A DNA stretch of 64,000 bases from contig CAWEKN010000004.1 in the NCBI GenBank assembly GCA_963809685.1, positions 63,182 to 127,181 of the forward strand, read 5' to 3'. The DNA is from an uncultured Solirubrobacterales bacterium (lineage in GTDB: Bacteria > Actinomycetota > Thermoleophilia > Solirubrobacterales > Solirubrobacteraceae). Both the position numbers and the translations under genes were made by a program. This document shows, one piece after another, positions 40,130 to 49,159 of this stretch. Numbering within the stretch: the stretch's first letter is position 1; every line of letters starts with the position of its first letter. Below the pieces are notes generated by a model. It was given only the letters and a program-made list of their open reading frames with translations, searched no databases and had not been told where the DNA came from.

Positions 40130-40923
40130 AGCCCGCGCCGTTTCAGTACCACGCTCCCGGATCGCTCGACGCGGCGCTCGATCTGCTGGGCGACGACGCG
40201 GCCGCGCTTGCCGGCGGCCAGAGCCTGGTGCCGATGCTGAACCTGCGACTGGCTCGTCCGGCGGTCGTAGTCGACCTGAATCAGATTGCGGAGCTGGCCG
40301 GCGTGACGGTGGTGGACGGATCGCTTCGGATCGGGGCGCTGACGCGGCAGGTCGCGATCGAGCGCTCCGAGGCGGTGCGGCGCGGCTGGCCGCTGCTGTC
40401 ACAGGCCGTCGCGACGGTGGGGCATCCGGCGATCCGCTCGCGTGGGACCGTCGGCGGCTCGGTCGCCCACGCCGATCCGCGCGCGGAGCTGCCCGCGGCG
40501 CTGCTCGCGCTCGGCGCGCGCGTCCACCTGCAGTCGCGGGGTGGCCGGCGCATTGTGCCCGTGCAGGACTTCTTGCTCGGGCCCTTTCGGACGGCGCTGG
40601 CGCCCGGTGAGCTGCTCGTCGAGATCGAGGTTCCGCCGCCGGCTGCCGGCACGAGCACCGCGTTCGTCGAGCGGGCGCGCACGCACGGCGCGTTCGCGAT
40701 CGCCGGCGCCGCCGTGGTCGTGGCCGCCGGCGGTCCCTGCGCGATCGCGTTGCTCGGGGCCGCCCCGACGGCGGTCAGGGTCGCCGCGGCCGAGGCTGCG
40801 CTGGCCGGGGGCGCGGCGCCGGCAGAGGTGGCCGACGTCGCAGCGGCCGGCGTCGGCGACGGGCACCGCCGGGCGCTGCTGGCGGCGTTGGTGCGCGATG
40901 CGCTGAGGACGGCCGCGGCATGA
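40126..40923 (+). CDS. Mo-hydroxylase FAD-binding subunit (CoxM-like)
   Basis: 'LAGGQSL', 'IRSRGTVGGS', 'HADP'. Confidence 0.88.
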   Translation: MKPAPFQYHAPGSLDAALDLLGDDAAALAGGQSLVPMLNLRLARPAVVVDLNQIAELAGVTVVDGSLRIGALTRQVAIERSEAVRRGWPLLSQAVATVGHPAIRSRGTVGGSVAHADPRAELPAALLALGARVHLQSRGGRRIVPVQDFLLGPFRTALAPGELLVEIEVPPPAAGTSTAFVERARTHGAFAIAGAAVVVAAGGPCAIALLGAAPTAVRVAAAEAALAGGAAPAEVADVAAAGVGDGHRRALLAALVRDALRTAAA

Positions 40924-41393
40924 GGATCAACGTCACGATCAACGGCACCGGCCACGACGGCGAGGTCGAGGCGCGCACGCTGCTGTCGGACTTCATCCGT
41001 CACGGCGCGGGGCTGACCGGAACCCACGTCGGCTGCGAGCAAGGTGTCTGCGGCGCGTGCACGATCGAGCTCGACGGCGAGCCGGTCCGCTCGTGCCTGA
41101 TGCTCGCGGTCCAGGCCGATGGCCGCTCGCTGGTCACGGTCGAGGGGCTGGCCGATCGGGACGGCTCGCTCGACGCGCTGCAGCGAGCGTTCGTCGAGCA
41201 CCACGCGCTGCAGTGCGGGTTCTGCACCTCGGGGTTTCTGATCTCGGCGCGAGCGCTGCTGCGGCGGACGCCCGACCCGAGCGAGCGGCAGATACGCGAG
41301 GAGCTGTCGGGCAACCTCTGCCGGTGCACCGGCTATGAGGGGATCGTCGCGGCGGTGACGGCCGCCGCCCGTGAGCTGCGGGACGCCCGCTGA
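40920..41393 (+). CDS. Mo-hydroxylase 2x[2Fe-2S] subunit (CoxS-like)
   Basis: 'GCEQGVCGAC', 'QCGFCTSG', 'NLCRCTGY'. Confidence 0.92.
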   Translation: MRINVTINGTGHDGEVEARTLLSDFIRHGAGLTGTHVGCEQGVCGACTIELDGEPVRSCLMLAVQADGRSLVTVEGLADRDGSLDALQRAFVEHHALQCGFCTSGFLISARALLRRTPDPSERQIREELSGNLCRCTGYEGIVAAVTAAARELRDAR

Positions 41394-41403
41394 ACGACCC
41401 CGA

Positions 41404-42789
41404 CTAGCTCGCCGGTGAGCGCTGTAGCAGCGCGCCGTCCGCGCCGGCGCCGTTGCTCGTGCGCGGCACGGCCTCGTGCGTGTCGGGATCGAGGTCGGTG
41501 TTGAGGTTGGACTGTGGGTCGCGCTCCAGCGCCAAGCTGCCGCCGACGGTGAAATACGGCTTGCCCGCGATCACCAGGTCCTCGGCGGGGAAGCGGGTGA
41601 TCACCTCGCACCCGGTGGCGGTCACGACGAGCTGCTCCTCGATCCGCGCTGCCGACCAGCCGTCGCTGGCGGGCCAGAACGTCTCCAGCGCGAACACCAT
41701 CCCCTCCTTGATCTCCTCTGGGTGATCGAGCGACACCAGGCGGCTGAACACGGGCTTCTCCCAGATCGACAGCCCGACTCCGTGGCCGAACTGCAGGGCG
41801 AACGCGGCCTCCTCGTCGGGGAAGCCGAACTCCTGCGCGCGCGGCCAGAGCGCGGCGACCTCGCCGGTCGTGGCGCCGGGGCGGATCAGACCGATCGCCG
41901 CGTCGAGGTAGTAGCGGCAGCGCTTGTAGGCGTCCACCAGCGCGCGCGAGGCGCTCGCGACCGCGAAGGTGCGGTAGTAGCACGTCCGATAGCCCATGTA
42001 GCTGTGCAGGATGTCGAAATACGCCGGGTCGCCGGGGCGCAGCGCGCGGTCGGTGAAGACGTGGGGGTGCGGGCTGCAGCGCTCGCCCGAGATCGCATTG
42101 ACACCTTCGACGAACTCCGAGCCCATCTCGTAGAGGACCTTGTTGACCAGCGCGACGCAATCGTTCTCGCGGATCCCCGCCCGCATCGTCCGGTAAAGCT
42201 CTTCGTAGGCGGCGTCGACCATCGAGCAGGCCATGTTCAGCAGCGTGATCTCATCGCGCGTCTTGATCACGCGCGCCTGTTGCATCAGCTGCTGGCCGTC
42301 GGCGACCCGTATCCCCTCCGCCTGCAGCGCGAACAGCACCTGCGGCTCGATCGCGTCGATCCCGACTGGCTCGCCCAGCAGGCCCCGCTGCTCGAGCTCC
42401 ACCTTGATCTTCCGTGCCACGTCCTCCGCGCGCCCGGACTCCGGCGACATCGCCCCACGCAGCGTCGAGATGCCGGCGCGTGAGCGTCGCTCGCCGTCCA
42501 GCCATGGGTTGTACAGCTGGTGGTGGCGCGCGGCCGACCCGAAGTCCCACATGATCGGCTCATCGTTCTGCGGCAGCAGGCAGAAGCGGTTGAGCTTGTC
42601 GCTGGCCCAGGTGCCGATATGGGTCGCGGTCACGTAGCGGATGTTGCTCATGTCGAAGCACAGCAGCGCGCCGAGCTCCGAGGTGGCCAGCAACCCCTTG
42701 ATCCGCGCAAGGCGCTCGTCGCGCAGCCGGTCGTAGCGGACCCGCTCCTCCCAGTCCACGCCCATGACGCCGTAGCTGTGAAGTCCCAT
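41404..42789 (-). CDS. M24 (Xaa-Pro peptidase/creatinase fold) family protein
   Basis: 'IKTRDEI', 'FGHGVG', 'ALETF', 'RIEEQ'; GAAGGG RBS. Confidence 0.85.
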   Translation of the reverse strand: MGLHSYGVMGVDWEERVRYDRLRDERLARIKGLLATSELGALLCFDMSNIRYVTATHIGTWASDKLNRFCLLPQNDEPIMWDFGSAARHHQLYNPWLDGERRSRAGISTLRGAMSPESGRAEDVARKIKVELEQRGLLGEPVGIDAIEPQVLFALQAEGIRVADGQQLMQQARVIKTRDEITLLNMACSMVDAAYEELYRTMRAGIRENDCVALVNKVLYEMGSEFVEGVNAISGERCSPHPHVFTDRALRPGDPAYFDILHSYMGYRTCYYRTFAVASASRALVDAYKRCRYYLDAAIGLIRPGATTGEVAALWPRAQEFGFPDEEAAFALQFGHGVGLSIWEKPVFSRLVSLDHPEEIKEGMVFALETFWPASDGWSAARIEEQLVVTATGCEVITRFPAEDLVIAGKPYFTVGGSLALERDPQSNLNTDLDPDTHEAVPRTSNGAGADGALLQRSPAS

Positions 42790-42846
42790 CGTGTTCCCTT
42801 CGTTGTTGTTGGGCCGAGCGTAGGTCACGAGCGGTCGGCTGCGGAC

Positions 42847-42922
42847 TGCAAACGTTTGCATGAGAATAGCCGCGGCCTTGACCGCCTTCAAGGCGTCCTA
42901 TACATTGCTGCAAACGATTGCA
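42847..42922. promoter_or_regulatory. two LacI-type operators flanking a TTGACC-N17-TACATT promoter
   Basis: TGCAAACGTTTGCA at 42847-42860 (perfect palindrome); TGCAAACGATTGCA at 42909-42922. Confidence 0.8.
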
Positions 42923-42937
42923 GGAGGACGCAACCCT

Positions 42938-43930
42938 ATGAGCGTCGACCGAGGGGCGCGGCTTGGCTGGATTGGCGTGGGCCGTATGGGCCGTGCCCTG
43001 GCCACGCGATTGCTCCAAGCCGGACACGAGCTGAGCGTCTACAACCGAACAAGGGCCAAGGCCGAGCCGCTGGCAGAGCTCGGCGCGTCGATCGTCGACT
43101 CTCCGGCCGACCTCGCCGATCGCGACATCGTCTTCACGATCGTCGCCGGCTCGGCCGACGTCGAGGAGGTAGTCGCCGGCGAGCGGGGTCTGCTGTCGAG
43201 GCCTGACGTCGCACCCGGCGTGATCGTCGACTCGACCACGATCTCTCCCGCGGCGGCGGAGGTGATCCGCGCGGCCGCGCTGCAGCGCGGGACGGCGATG
43301 CTCGCGGCGCCGGTCAGCGGCAATCCTAAGGTCGCCGCCAGCGGCCGTCTCACGATCGTTGCGTCGGGGCCGGCCGACGCGTGGGAGCGCGCCCGGCCAT
43401 ATCTGGAGCTGCTCGGCCGCAGCGTCACCTACGTCGGCGACGGGGAACGCGCGCGCCTGGTGAAGATCTGCCACAACCTGATGCTCGGGATCGTCGCGCA
43501 GTCGATGGCCGAGGTCACGGTGTTGGCCGAGAAGGGCGGCGTCTCGCGCGCCGACTTCCTCGAGTTTCTCAACGACAGCGTGATGGGGTCCATGTTCACG
43601 CGCTACAAGACCCCTGCGTACGTCAACCTCGACTTCAAGCCGACGTTCACACCGTCGTTGCTGCTCAAGGACTTCCAGCTCGGATTCGAAGCGGCGCGCG
43701 AGCACGGAGTGCCGATGCCGCTCGCCGCGGCGACCGAGCAGATCGTGCAGTCGCTGGCCTCGATCCGGGGCGACGACGTCGACTTCGCGGCGCTGCTGGA
43801 GCTCGAGGCGAGCGGATCCGGCCTCGTCCTGAAGTCCGAGGACGTCGTGGTCGACGACGGCCTCGGCCCCGCCGAGACGAGCGCCAACGGCGGCGTCTCG
43901 CGCACGTCGCCGGCGCCGCTGCAGCCCTAA
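42938..43930 (+). CDS. NAD(P)-dependent beta-hydroxyacid dehydrogenase (3-hydroxyisobutyrate DH family)
   Basis: 'GWIGVGRMG', 'APVSG', 'VKICHNL'; AGGAGG RBS. Confidence 0.88.
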   Translation: MSVDRGARLGWIGVGRMGRALATRLLQAGHELSVYNRTRAKAEPLAELGASIVDSPADLADRDIVFTIVAGSADVEEVVAGERGLLSRPDVAPGVIVDSTTISPAAAEVIRAAALQRGTAMLAAPVSGNPKVAASGRLTIVASGPADAWERARPYLELLGRSVTYVGDGERARLVKICHNLMLGIVAQSMAEVTVLAEKGGVSRADFLEFLNDSVMGSMFTRYKTPAYVNLDFKPTFTPSLLLKDFQLGFEAAREHGVPMPLAAATEQIVQSLASIRGDDVDFAALLELEASGSGLVLKSEDVVVDDGLGPAETSANGGVSRTSPAPLQP

Positions 43931-43963
43931 GCAGTCACAGCCGCAACGAGAAACCCTGGGCAG

Positions 43964-45253
43964 TCACAGCAGCAGTGCGTGTGGGCGCTCGAGCAGCTCG
44001 CGCACGCGCTGTAGGAACCGGGCGCCGTCGACCCCGTAGAGGATCCGGTGGTCGCAGGCGAGCGTCAGCACGACCGTCGGACGCGCGAGCAGTTCGCCGA
44101 ACTCGCTCACCACCGGCCGGCGCTTGAGCGAGCCGACGGCCAGGATCGCCGCCTGAGGCGGATTGATCACCGCCGAGAAGCTGTCGACGCCGTACATCCC
44201 CAGGTTCGAGACTGTGAACGTGCCGCCGTCGAGCTGCGCCGGCGCGATCGTGCCGTCGCGAACGGCCGCAGCGAGCTCACGGGCGGTCGCGCCGATTTCG
44301 CCCAGCGACTTGCGGTCGGCGTCGAAGATCGTCGGCACCACGAGCGCATCGTCGGCTGCGACCGCGAACCCCACGTTGACGCGCTCGTAGGTCTCGATCT
44401 CGGTCGGGGCTGTGTATGAGCCGTTGACGCGCGGAAACTCGCGCAGCGCCAACGCCGCCGCTTTGATCATGAAGTCATTGATCGAGGGCGCCGGATCGGC
44501 GACCTCGCGCAGCCGCTCGCGCAGCGCGACCGCCTCGCCCATGTCGACCTCGCTGCGCAGCTCGATGTCGGGGACCGTGGCCCGCGACTGCGCCATCCTG
44601 CGCGCGACGGTTTGCTGCAAGCGGGTCAGCTCGTGGCGCTGCGGCTCGCCCTTGGACGGCTGCGCGGTCGCGGGTGCCTGGTCGGTCACCGCCGGCGCCG
44701 CCGCGGTGACGGTCCCGGCGCCGTTGCCCGTTGCGAGCGCGCGCTCGACGTCCACCCGGATCACCCGGCCGTCGGGTCCGCTGCCGCTCAGCGCCGCGAG
44801 ATCGACGCCGCGCCGCGCTGCGATCCGACGGGCCAGCGGGGATGCCTTCGGGCGGCTGGAGGTGGCCGACGTGGCAGCCGCGGTGGTGGTGGTTGGCACG
44901 GTCGCCGCAGGCTTCGCGGACGGGGAGGGTGCGGCTCCCGCGGGCGCTCGTGCCACCGCGGAAGCGTTCGTGTCCGCGCCGGCGTCCTCTAACGTCGCGT
45001 GGCTGAGCCCTTCGCCGGCCTGCCCGATCACGGCAATCGGCGCGCCGACGGGCACGGTCGCCCCTTCGCTGACGCTGATCGCGAGGATCACCCCGCCGTC
45101 CTGCGCCTCGAAGGTCACCGTCGCCTTGTCGGTCTCGATCTCCGCGATCGGTTGCCCCGGCTGCACCTCGTCGCCCTCGACCACCAGCCAGCTGAGGATC
45201 GTGCCCTCCTCCATCGAGTCAGACAGGCGCGGCATGATGATCTCTTGGGCCAC
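43964..45253 (-). CDS. dihydrolipoamide acyltransferase (E2)
   Basis: Lipoyl 'ETDKA', 'ASPLARR', 'GTFTVSNLG', 'DHR'. Confidence 0.9.
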   Translation of the reverse strand: MAQEIIMPRLSDSMEEGTILSWLVVEGDEVQPGQPIAEIETDKATVTFEAQDGGVILAISVSEGATVPVGAPIAVIGQAGEGLSHATLEDAGADTNASAVARAPAGAAPSPSAKPAATVPTTTTAAATSATSSRPKASPLARRIAARRGVDLAALSGSGPDGRVIRVDVERALATGNGAGTVTAAAPAVTDQAPATAQPSKGEPQRHELTRLQQTVARRMAQSRATVPDIELRSEVDMGEAVALRERLREVADPAPSINDFMIKAAALALREFPRVNGSYTAPTEIETYERVNVGFAVAADDALVVPTIFDADRKSLGEIGATARELAAAVRDGTIAPAQLDGGTFTVSNLGMYGVDSFSAVINPPQAAILAVGSLKRRPVVSEFGELLARPTVVLTLACDHRILYGVDGARFLQRVRELLERPHALLL

Positions 45254-45275
45254 TTTCTTGCCTCCGGGGCACGAC

Positions 45276-45289
45276 TGCAAACGTTTGCG
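45276..45289. promoter_or_regulatory. LacI-type operator between the divergent E2 and E1 genes
   Basis: TGCAAACGTTTGCG, 13/14 match to the palindrome. Confidence 0.75.
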
Positions 45290-45336
45290 ATACTATCGCA
45301 CGAGACGCCTGGTGAGAGCAGAATGGAGGGCGGGGA

Positions 45337-46314
45337 ATGGCCGACGTGCAGACCGTGCAACGAACCGAGGCGGTGACTCTATTCCTCGACGCGTACGCGC
45401 GGATGCTGCTGATCCGTGAGTTCGAGACCGCGATCCACCGCCTGTTTCTGGCCGGAGAGGTACACGGCACGACGCATCTGACCGCCGGCCAGGAGGCCGT
45501 CGCGGTCGGGACCTGCATCGCCCTGCGCCCCGATGATTACGTCGCGGGTACCTATCGCGGCCACGGTCACGCGCTCGCGAAGGGCACACCGCCGGCGCCG
45601 CTCGTGGCGGAGATGCTCGGGCGCGTCACCGGCGTCTGCCGCGGGCGCGCAGGCTCGATGAACGTCGTCGACCTCGAGCACGGCCTGATCGGCTGCTACG
45701 GGATCGTCGGTGGGTCGATCGCCGCCGCGCTCGGCGCCGCGCTGTCGGCTCAGCGCCAGGGTCGCGTGTCGGTCGCGTTCTTCGGCGACGGCGCCGTCAA
45801 CCAGGGCTACTTCCACGAGTGCCTGAACATGGCCAAGGTCCTGTCGCTGCCGGCCGTGTTCGTCTGTGAGAACAACTTCTATGGGGAGTTCACGCCGATG
45901 CAGGCGGTCACCGCCGGCGCGGACATCGCCGCGCGCGCGAAGGCGTACGGGATCCCGGCGGCGGTGGTCGACGGCAACGACGTCTGGGCCGTGTTCGAGG
46001 CCGCGGGGCAGGCGGTGCAACGCGCCCGCAGCGGCGATGGCCCGACGCTGCTCGAATGCCAGACGTACCGTCACTACGGCCACTCCAAGAGCGACCCCGC
46101 CAAGTACCGGCCCAAGGAGGAGGTCGAGCGCTGGCTGGACCGCGACCCGCTGAAGCTTGCTCGCACGCGGCTGCTCGCGGAGGGCGTCACCGAGGATCAG
46201 ATCGCCGCCGCGGAGCAGTCGACCAACGCGTTGATCGAGAAGGCCGTGCAGATTGCCCGCGACGCGCCGTATCCCGATCCCGTGACCGACGCTGCGACCG
46301 AGTTTCGCCCATGA
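45337..46314 (+). CDS. TPP-dependent dehydrogenase E1 alpha (acetoin/pyruvate DH-like)
   Basis: 'GQEAVAVG', 'YRGHGH', 'FFGDGA...ENN'. Confidence 0.9.
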   Translation: MADVQTVQRTEAVTLFLDAYARMLLIREFETAIHRLFLAGEVHGTTHLTAGQEAVAVGTCIALRPDDYVAGTYRGHGHALAKGTPPAPLVAEMLGRVTGVCRGRAGSMNVVDLEHGLIGCYGIVGGSIAAALGAALSAQRQGRVSVAFFGDGAVNQGYFHECLNMAKVLSLPAVFVCENNFYGEFTPMQAVTAGADIAARAKAYGIPAAVVDGNDVWAVFEAAGQAVQRARSGDGPTLLECQTYRHYGHSKSDPAKYRPKEEVERWLDRDPLKLARTRLLAEGVTEDQIAAAEQSTNALIEKAVQIARDAPYPDPVTDAATEFRP

Positions 46315-47293
46315 GCACGCTCGAGTTCCGCGACGCGATCCGCGAGGCGCTCGCCGAGGAGCTTGCGCGCGACCCGTCGGTCATGTTCTTCGGCGAGGAC
46401 GTCGCCGCCCCCGGCGGCGTGTTCATGGTGACGCCGGGCTTGAGCGACCAGTTCGGCCCGGACCGGGTGTTCGACACGCCGATCTCCGAGCTCGCGCTCG
46501 CGGGCGCCGCCTACGGCGCCGCGGTGACCGGCATGCGCCCCGTGTTCGAGGTCATGTTCGGCGACTTCATGGGGTTGGCGATGGACAGCCTCGTCAACCA
46601 GGCGGCGAAGTTCTGGTACATCTCCGGCGAGCAGGGCAGCGTGCCGCTCGTTGTCCGGTCCGCGGTCGGAGGTGGCGGACGGTTCGGCGCGATCCACTCT
46701 CAGACCCACGGCACGTGGTTTCAGGGAGTGCCCGGGTTGAAGATCGTGTTCCCCTCGTCGCCGGCGGAGGCCAAGTGCCTGCTGAAGGCGTCCATCCGCG
46801 ACGACAACCCGGTGATCTTCCTCGAGCACAAGCGGCTGTACTCGGTCAAGGGCCCGGCTCCCGAGCAGGAGGTCCTGCCGCTCGGGCGAGGCGGCGGTCG
46901 CGCGACGCGGCGACGACCTGACGATCGTCTCGATCGGCAAGGGCGTGCCGGACGCGCTCGCCGCCGCCGAGGCGCTCGCCGGGAACGGCGTGTCGGTCGA
47001 GGTCGTCGACCTGCGCACGCTGCGCCCGCTCGATCTGCAGACCGTGCTCGAGTCGGTCGCGCGAACCAACCGGCTGCTTGCCGTCGAGGAGGGGCCCCGC
47101 ACCGGCGGTTGGGCCAGCGGTCTGCTCGGCGCTGGTCGCGGAGCAGGGCCTGCACGATCTCGACGACGCCTGGATCGTCGCGACCCACGAGACCCCGATT
47201 CCGTACAGCCCGACGCTCGAGGACGACTACATCCCCGACACCGCCGCGATCGTCGACAGCGTCCGCTCGCGCGCGGGTATCGCCGTCGCCTGA
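46311..47293 (+). pseudogene. E1 beta subunit interrupted by two +1 frameshifts (pseudogene or sequencing error)
   Basis: 'DTPISE', 'HSQ', 'FLEHK' in the first frame; 'EVVDLRTLRPLD' in the next; C-terminus in the third; extra G at ~46885 and ~47128. Confidence 0.8.
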
Positions 47294-47325
47294 CTGAAGC
47301 GATAGTCGGCCGGTCACCGTCGCGC

Positions 47326-47344
47326 GGCGGGGTCTGACCCCGCC
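47326..47344. repeat. palindrome GGCGGGGTCTGACCCCGCC (REP-like / terminator)
   Basis: Perfect 9-bp inverted repeat downstream of E1 beta. Confidence 0.55.
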
Positions 47345-47421
47345 CGGAGGCCTTTCTGTCCGCGATCGGCGTCTCGACGTTCAGCTGACTCCGTCGGCGC
47401 TGTAGCCGACGAACGATCGGT

Positions 47422-47446
47422 TAAAGCGCACCCCGCGGGCGCCGAT
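47422..47446 (+). promoter_or_regulatory. sigma28 (FliA/WhiG)-type promoter TAAA-N15-GCCGAT
   Basis: Consensus match directly upstream of an MCP gene. Confidence 0.7.
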
Positions 47447-47487
47447 TGTCACTGGGAGATTCCCCTGAACGGACAAGGAGTGTTCGA

Positions 47488-49146
47488 GTGACTGTTACCG
47501 CTGATCCCAGCGCGGCTGGCGAGACGATGCTGCGAGACGAGCGCGTGCGCGCCGATCGCGTGCTCTCGCTGCTGTTGCTCGCCCATTTTCCCTTCGCGCT
47601 CGGGCTCGCCGCGGTGCACGGCTACTGGGTGGTCGCGATCGTCGCCGGTGCCGTCCTCTCATTCGGCCCGTGGCTGACCGTTCGCGCGATGCCCGGGACG
47701 CTCACCTCGCGCCTGGTCGTGTCGGCCGCGTTCATGGGCTATGCGGGGCTGTTCATCCAGGAGGCGCACGGCGTCACCGAGGCGCATTTCGACGTGTTCG
47801 CCGGGCTGGCGTTCCTGCTGCTGTATCGCGATTGGCGCGCGCCGGCGTTCGGCGGTCTGGTGATCGCCGTCCATCACCTGGCGTTTCACCTGCTGCAGGC
47901 CGCCGGCACCGGGGTGTGGGTGTTCACCTCGCACTGGAGCCACTCCAACGGCCTCGCGATGGTCGCGGTGCACGGCGGTTTCGTCGTGTTCGAGGTCGCG
48001 GTCCTGATCTACATCTCGCTCGCGCTCGAGGCAGAGACGCGGCAGCAGGCCGGTCTGATCTCGGGCCAGGAGGAGGACCACGCGGCGATGCTGGCGCTCG
48101 CTGAGGGGCTGCAGTCGCGCGATCTGACGGTTGGCTCGACAGCGACGGGCCAGCAGAGCAACCCGGCTCTCAGCACGCTACGTGTGGGCATCGACCACGT
48201 CGCCGAGCTGGTCAGCGCGATCCAGCGCACCGCCGCCGACGTCGCATCGGCCTCCAAGGAGATGGCGTCGACCACGGTTGAGGCCGAGCGGGCGACCACC
48301 GACGTCGCCGAGTCGCTGACCGAGATGGCCGACGGCGCCGAGCGTCAGGTGCATGCCGTCGGCTCCGCCCTGGACCAGGTGCAGCAGGTCGGCGAGGCGG
48401 TCGCGTCGAGTGCCGATGGCGCCATCCGCACCGCCCAGGCCGCGTCGCGCGTGCAAGAGGCCGCCGAGCAGGGAATCGAGGCCGCCGCCGAGGCGACCGC
48501 CGCGGTCGACGCGGTTCGCGGCTCATCCGAGGAGGCGTCGCGCGCGATTGACGAGCTGGCGAGCAAGTCCGAGCGGATCAGCGCGATCGTCGAGACGATC
48601 ACCGGCATCGCCAGCCAGACCAACCTGCTTGCTCTGAACGCGGCGATCGAGGCCGCTCGGGCGGGAGAGTCGGGTCGCGGCTTCGCCGTCGTCGCCGAAG
48701 AGGTCCGCAAACTGGCCGAGGAATCCCAGTCGGCAGCCGGCACGATCTCCGAGATCGTCCAGGAGATCCAGGCAGAGACGAAGCTGGCGGTGACAGTCGT
48801 TCAAGACGGCGCCAGCCGCACGGGCGAGTCCGCCGCGACCGTGGAGCGGACGCGCGAGGCGTTCGAGCGGATCTCCGACGCGGTCACGGACATGACCCAG
48901 CAGGCGCAGGACATCTCGCGCGCGACCGAGCAGATCTCCGCGGGCGCCGAGCGCATGCGCGCCGAGATGGGCGATGTCGCAAAGGTCGCCGAGCAGGCTT
49001 CTGCTGCTACCGAGCGGGCATCGGCCTCGACCCAGCAGGCGTCCGGGTCGACCCAGCACGTCGCCGCGTCGGCCGAGATGCTCTCCCGCGCAGCGCAGGA
49101 ACTGCAGGACCTGGTGGGCAGCTTCCGCCTGCACCAGGCCGACTGA
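47488..49146 (+). CDS. methyl-accepting chemotaxis protein with a multi-TM His-rich sensor domain
   Basis: '[37 protein letters not shown]'; AAGGAG RBS. Confidence 0.92.
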   Translation: MTVTADPSAAGETMLRDERVRADRVLSLLLLAHFPFALGLAAVHGYWVVAIVAGAVLSFGPWLTVRAMPGTLTSRLVVSAAFMGYAGLFIQEAHGVTEAHFDVFAGLAFLLLYRDWRAPAFGGLVIAVHHLAFHLLQAAGTGVWVFTSHWSHSNGLAMVAVHGGFVVFEVAVLIYISLALEAETRQQAGLISGQEEDHAAMLALAEGLQSRDLTVGSTATGQQSNPALSTLRVGIDHVAELVSAIQRTAADVASASKEMASTTVEAERATTDVAESLTEMADGAERQVHAVGSALDQVQQVGEAVASSADGAIRTAQAASRVQEAAEQGIEAAAEATAAVDAVRGSSEEASRAIDELASKSERISAIVETITGIASQTNLLALNAAIEAARAGESGRGFAVVAEEVRKLAEESQSAAGTISEIVQEIQAETKLAVTVVQDGASRTGESAATVERTREAFERISDAVTDMTQQAQDISRATEQISAGAERMRAEMGDVAKVAEQASAATERASASTQQASGSTQHVAASAEMLSRAAQELQDLVGSFRLHQAD

Positions 49147-49159
49147 CCGCGATGCCAAG

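Noticed and set aside
37973-41393. Aerobic CO dehydrogenase (coxLMS)
   Set aside because: The active-site loop is PYRGAGR, not the form I AYxCSFR, and no cox accessory genes are present; treated as a generic Mo-hydroxylase.
46870-47140. Programmed frameshifting in E1 beta
   Set aside because: No slippery heptamer, and two independent shifts would be required.
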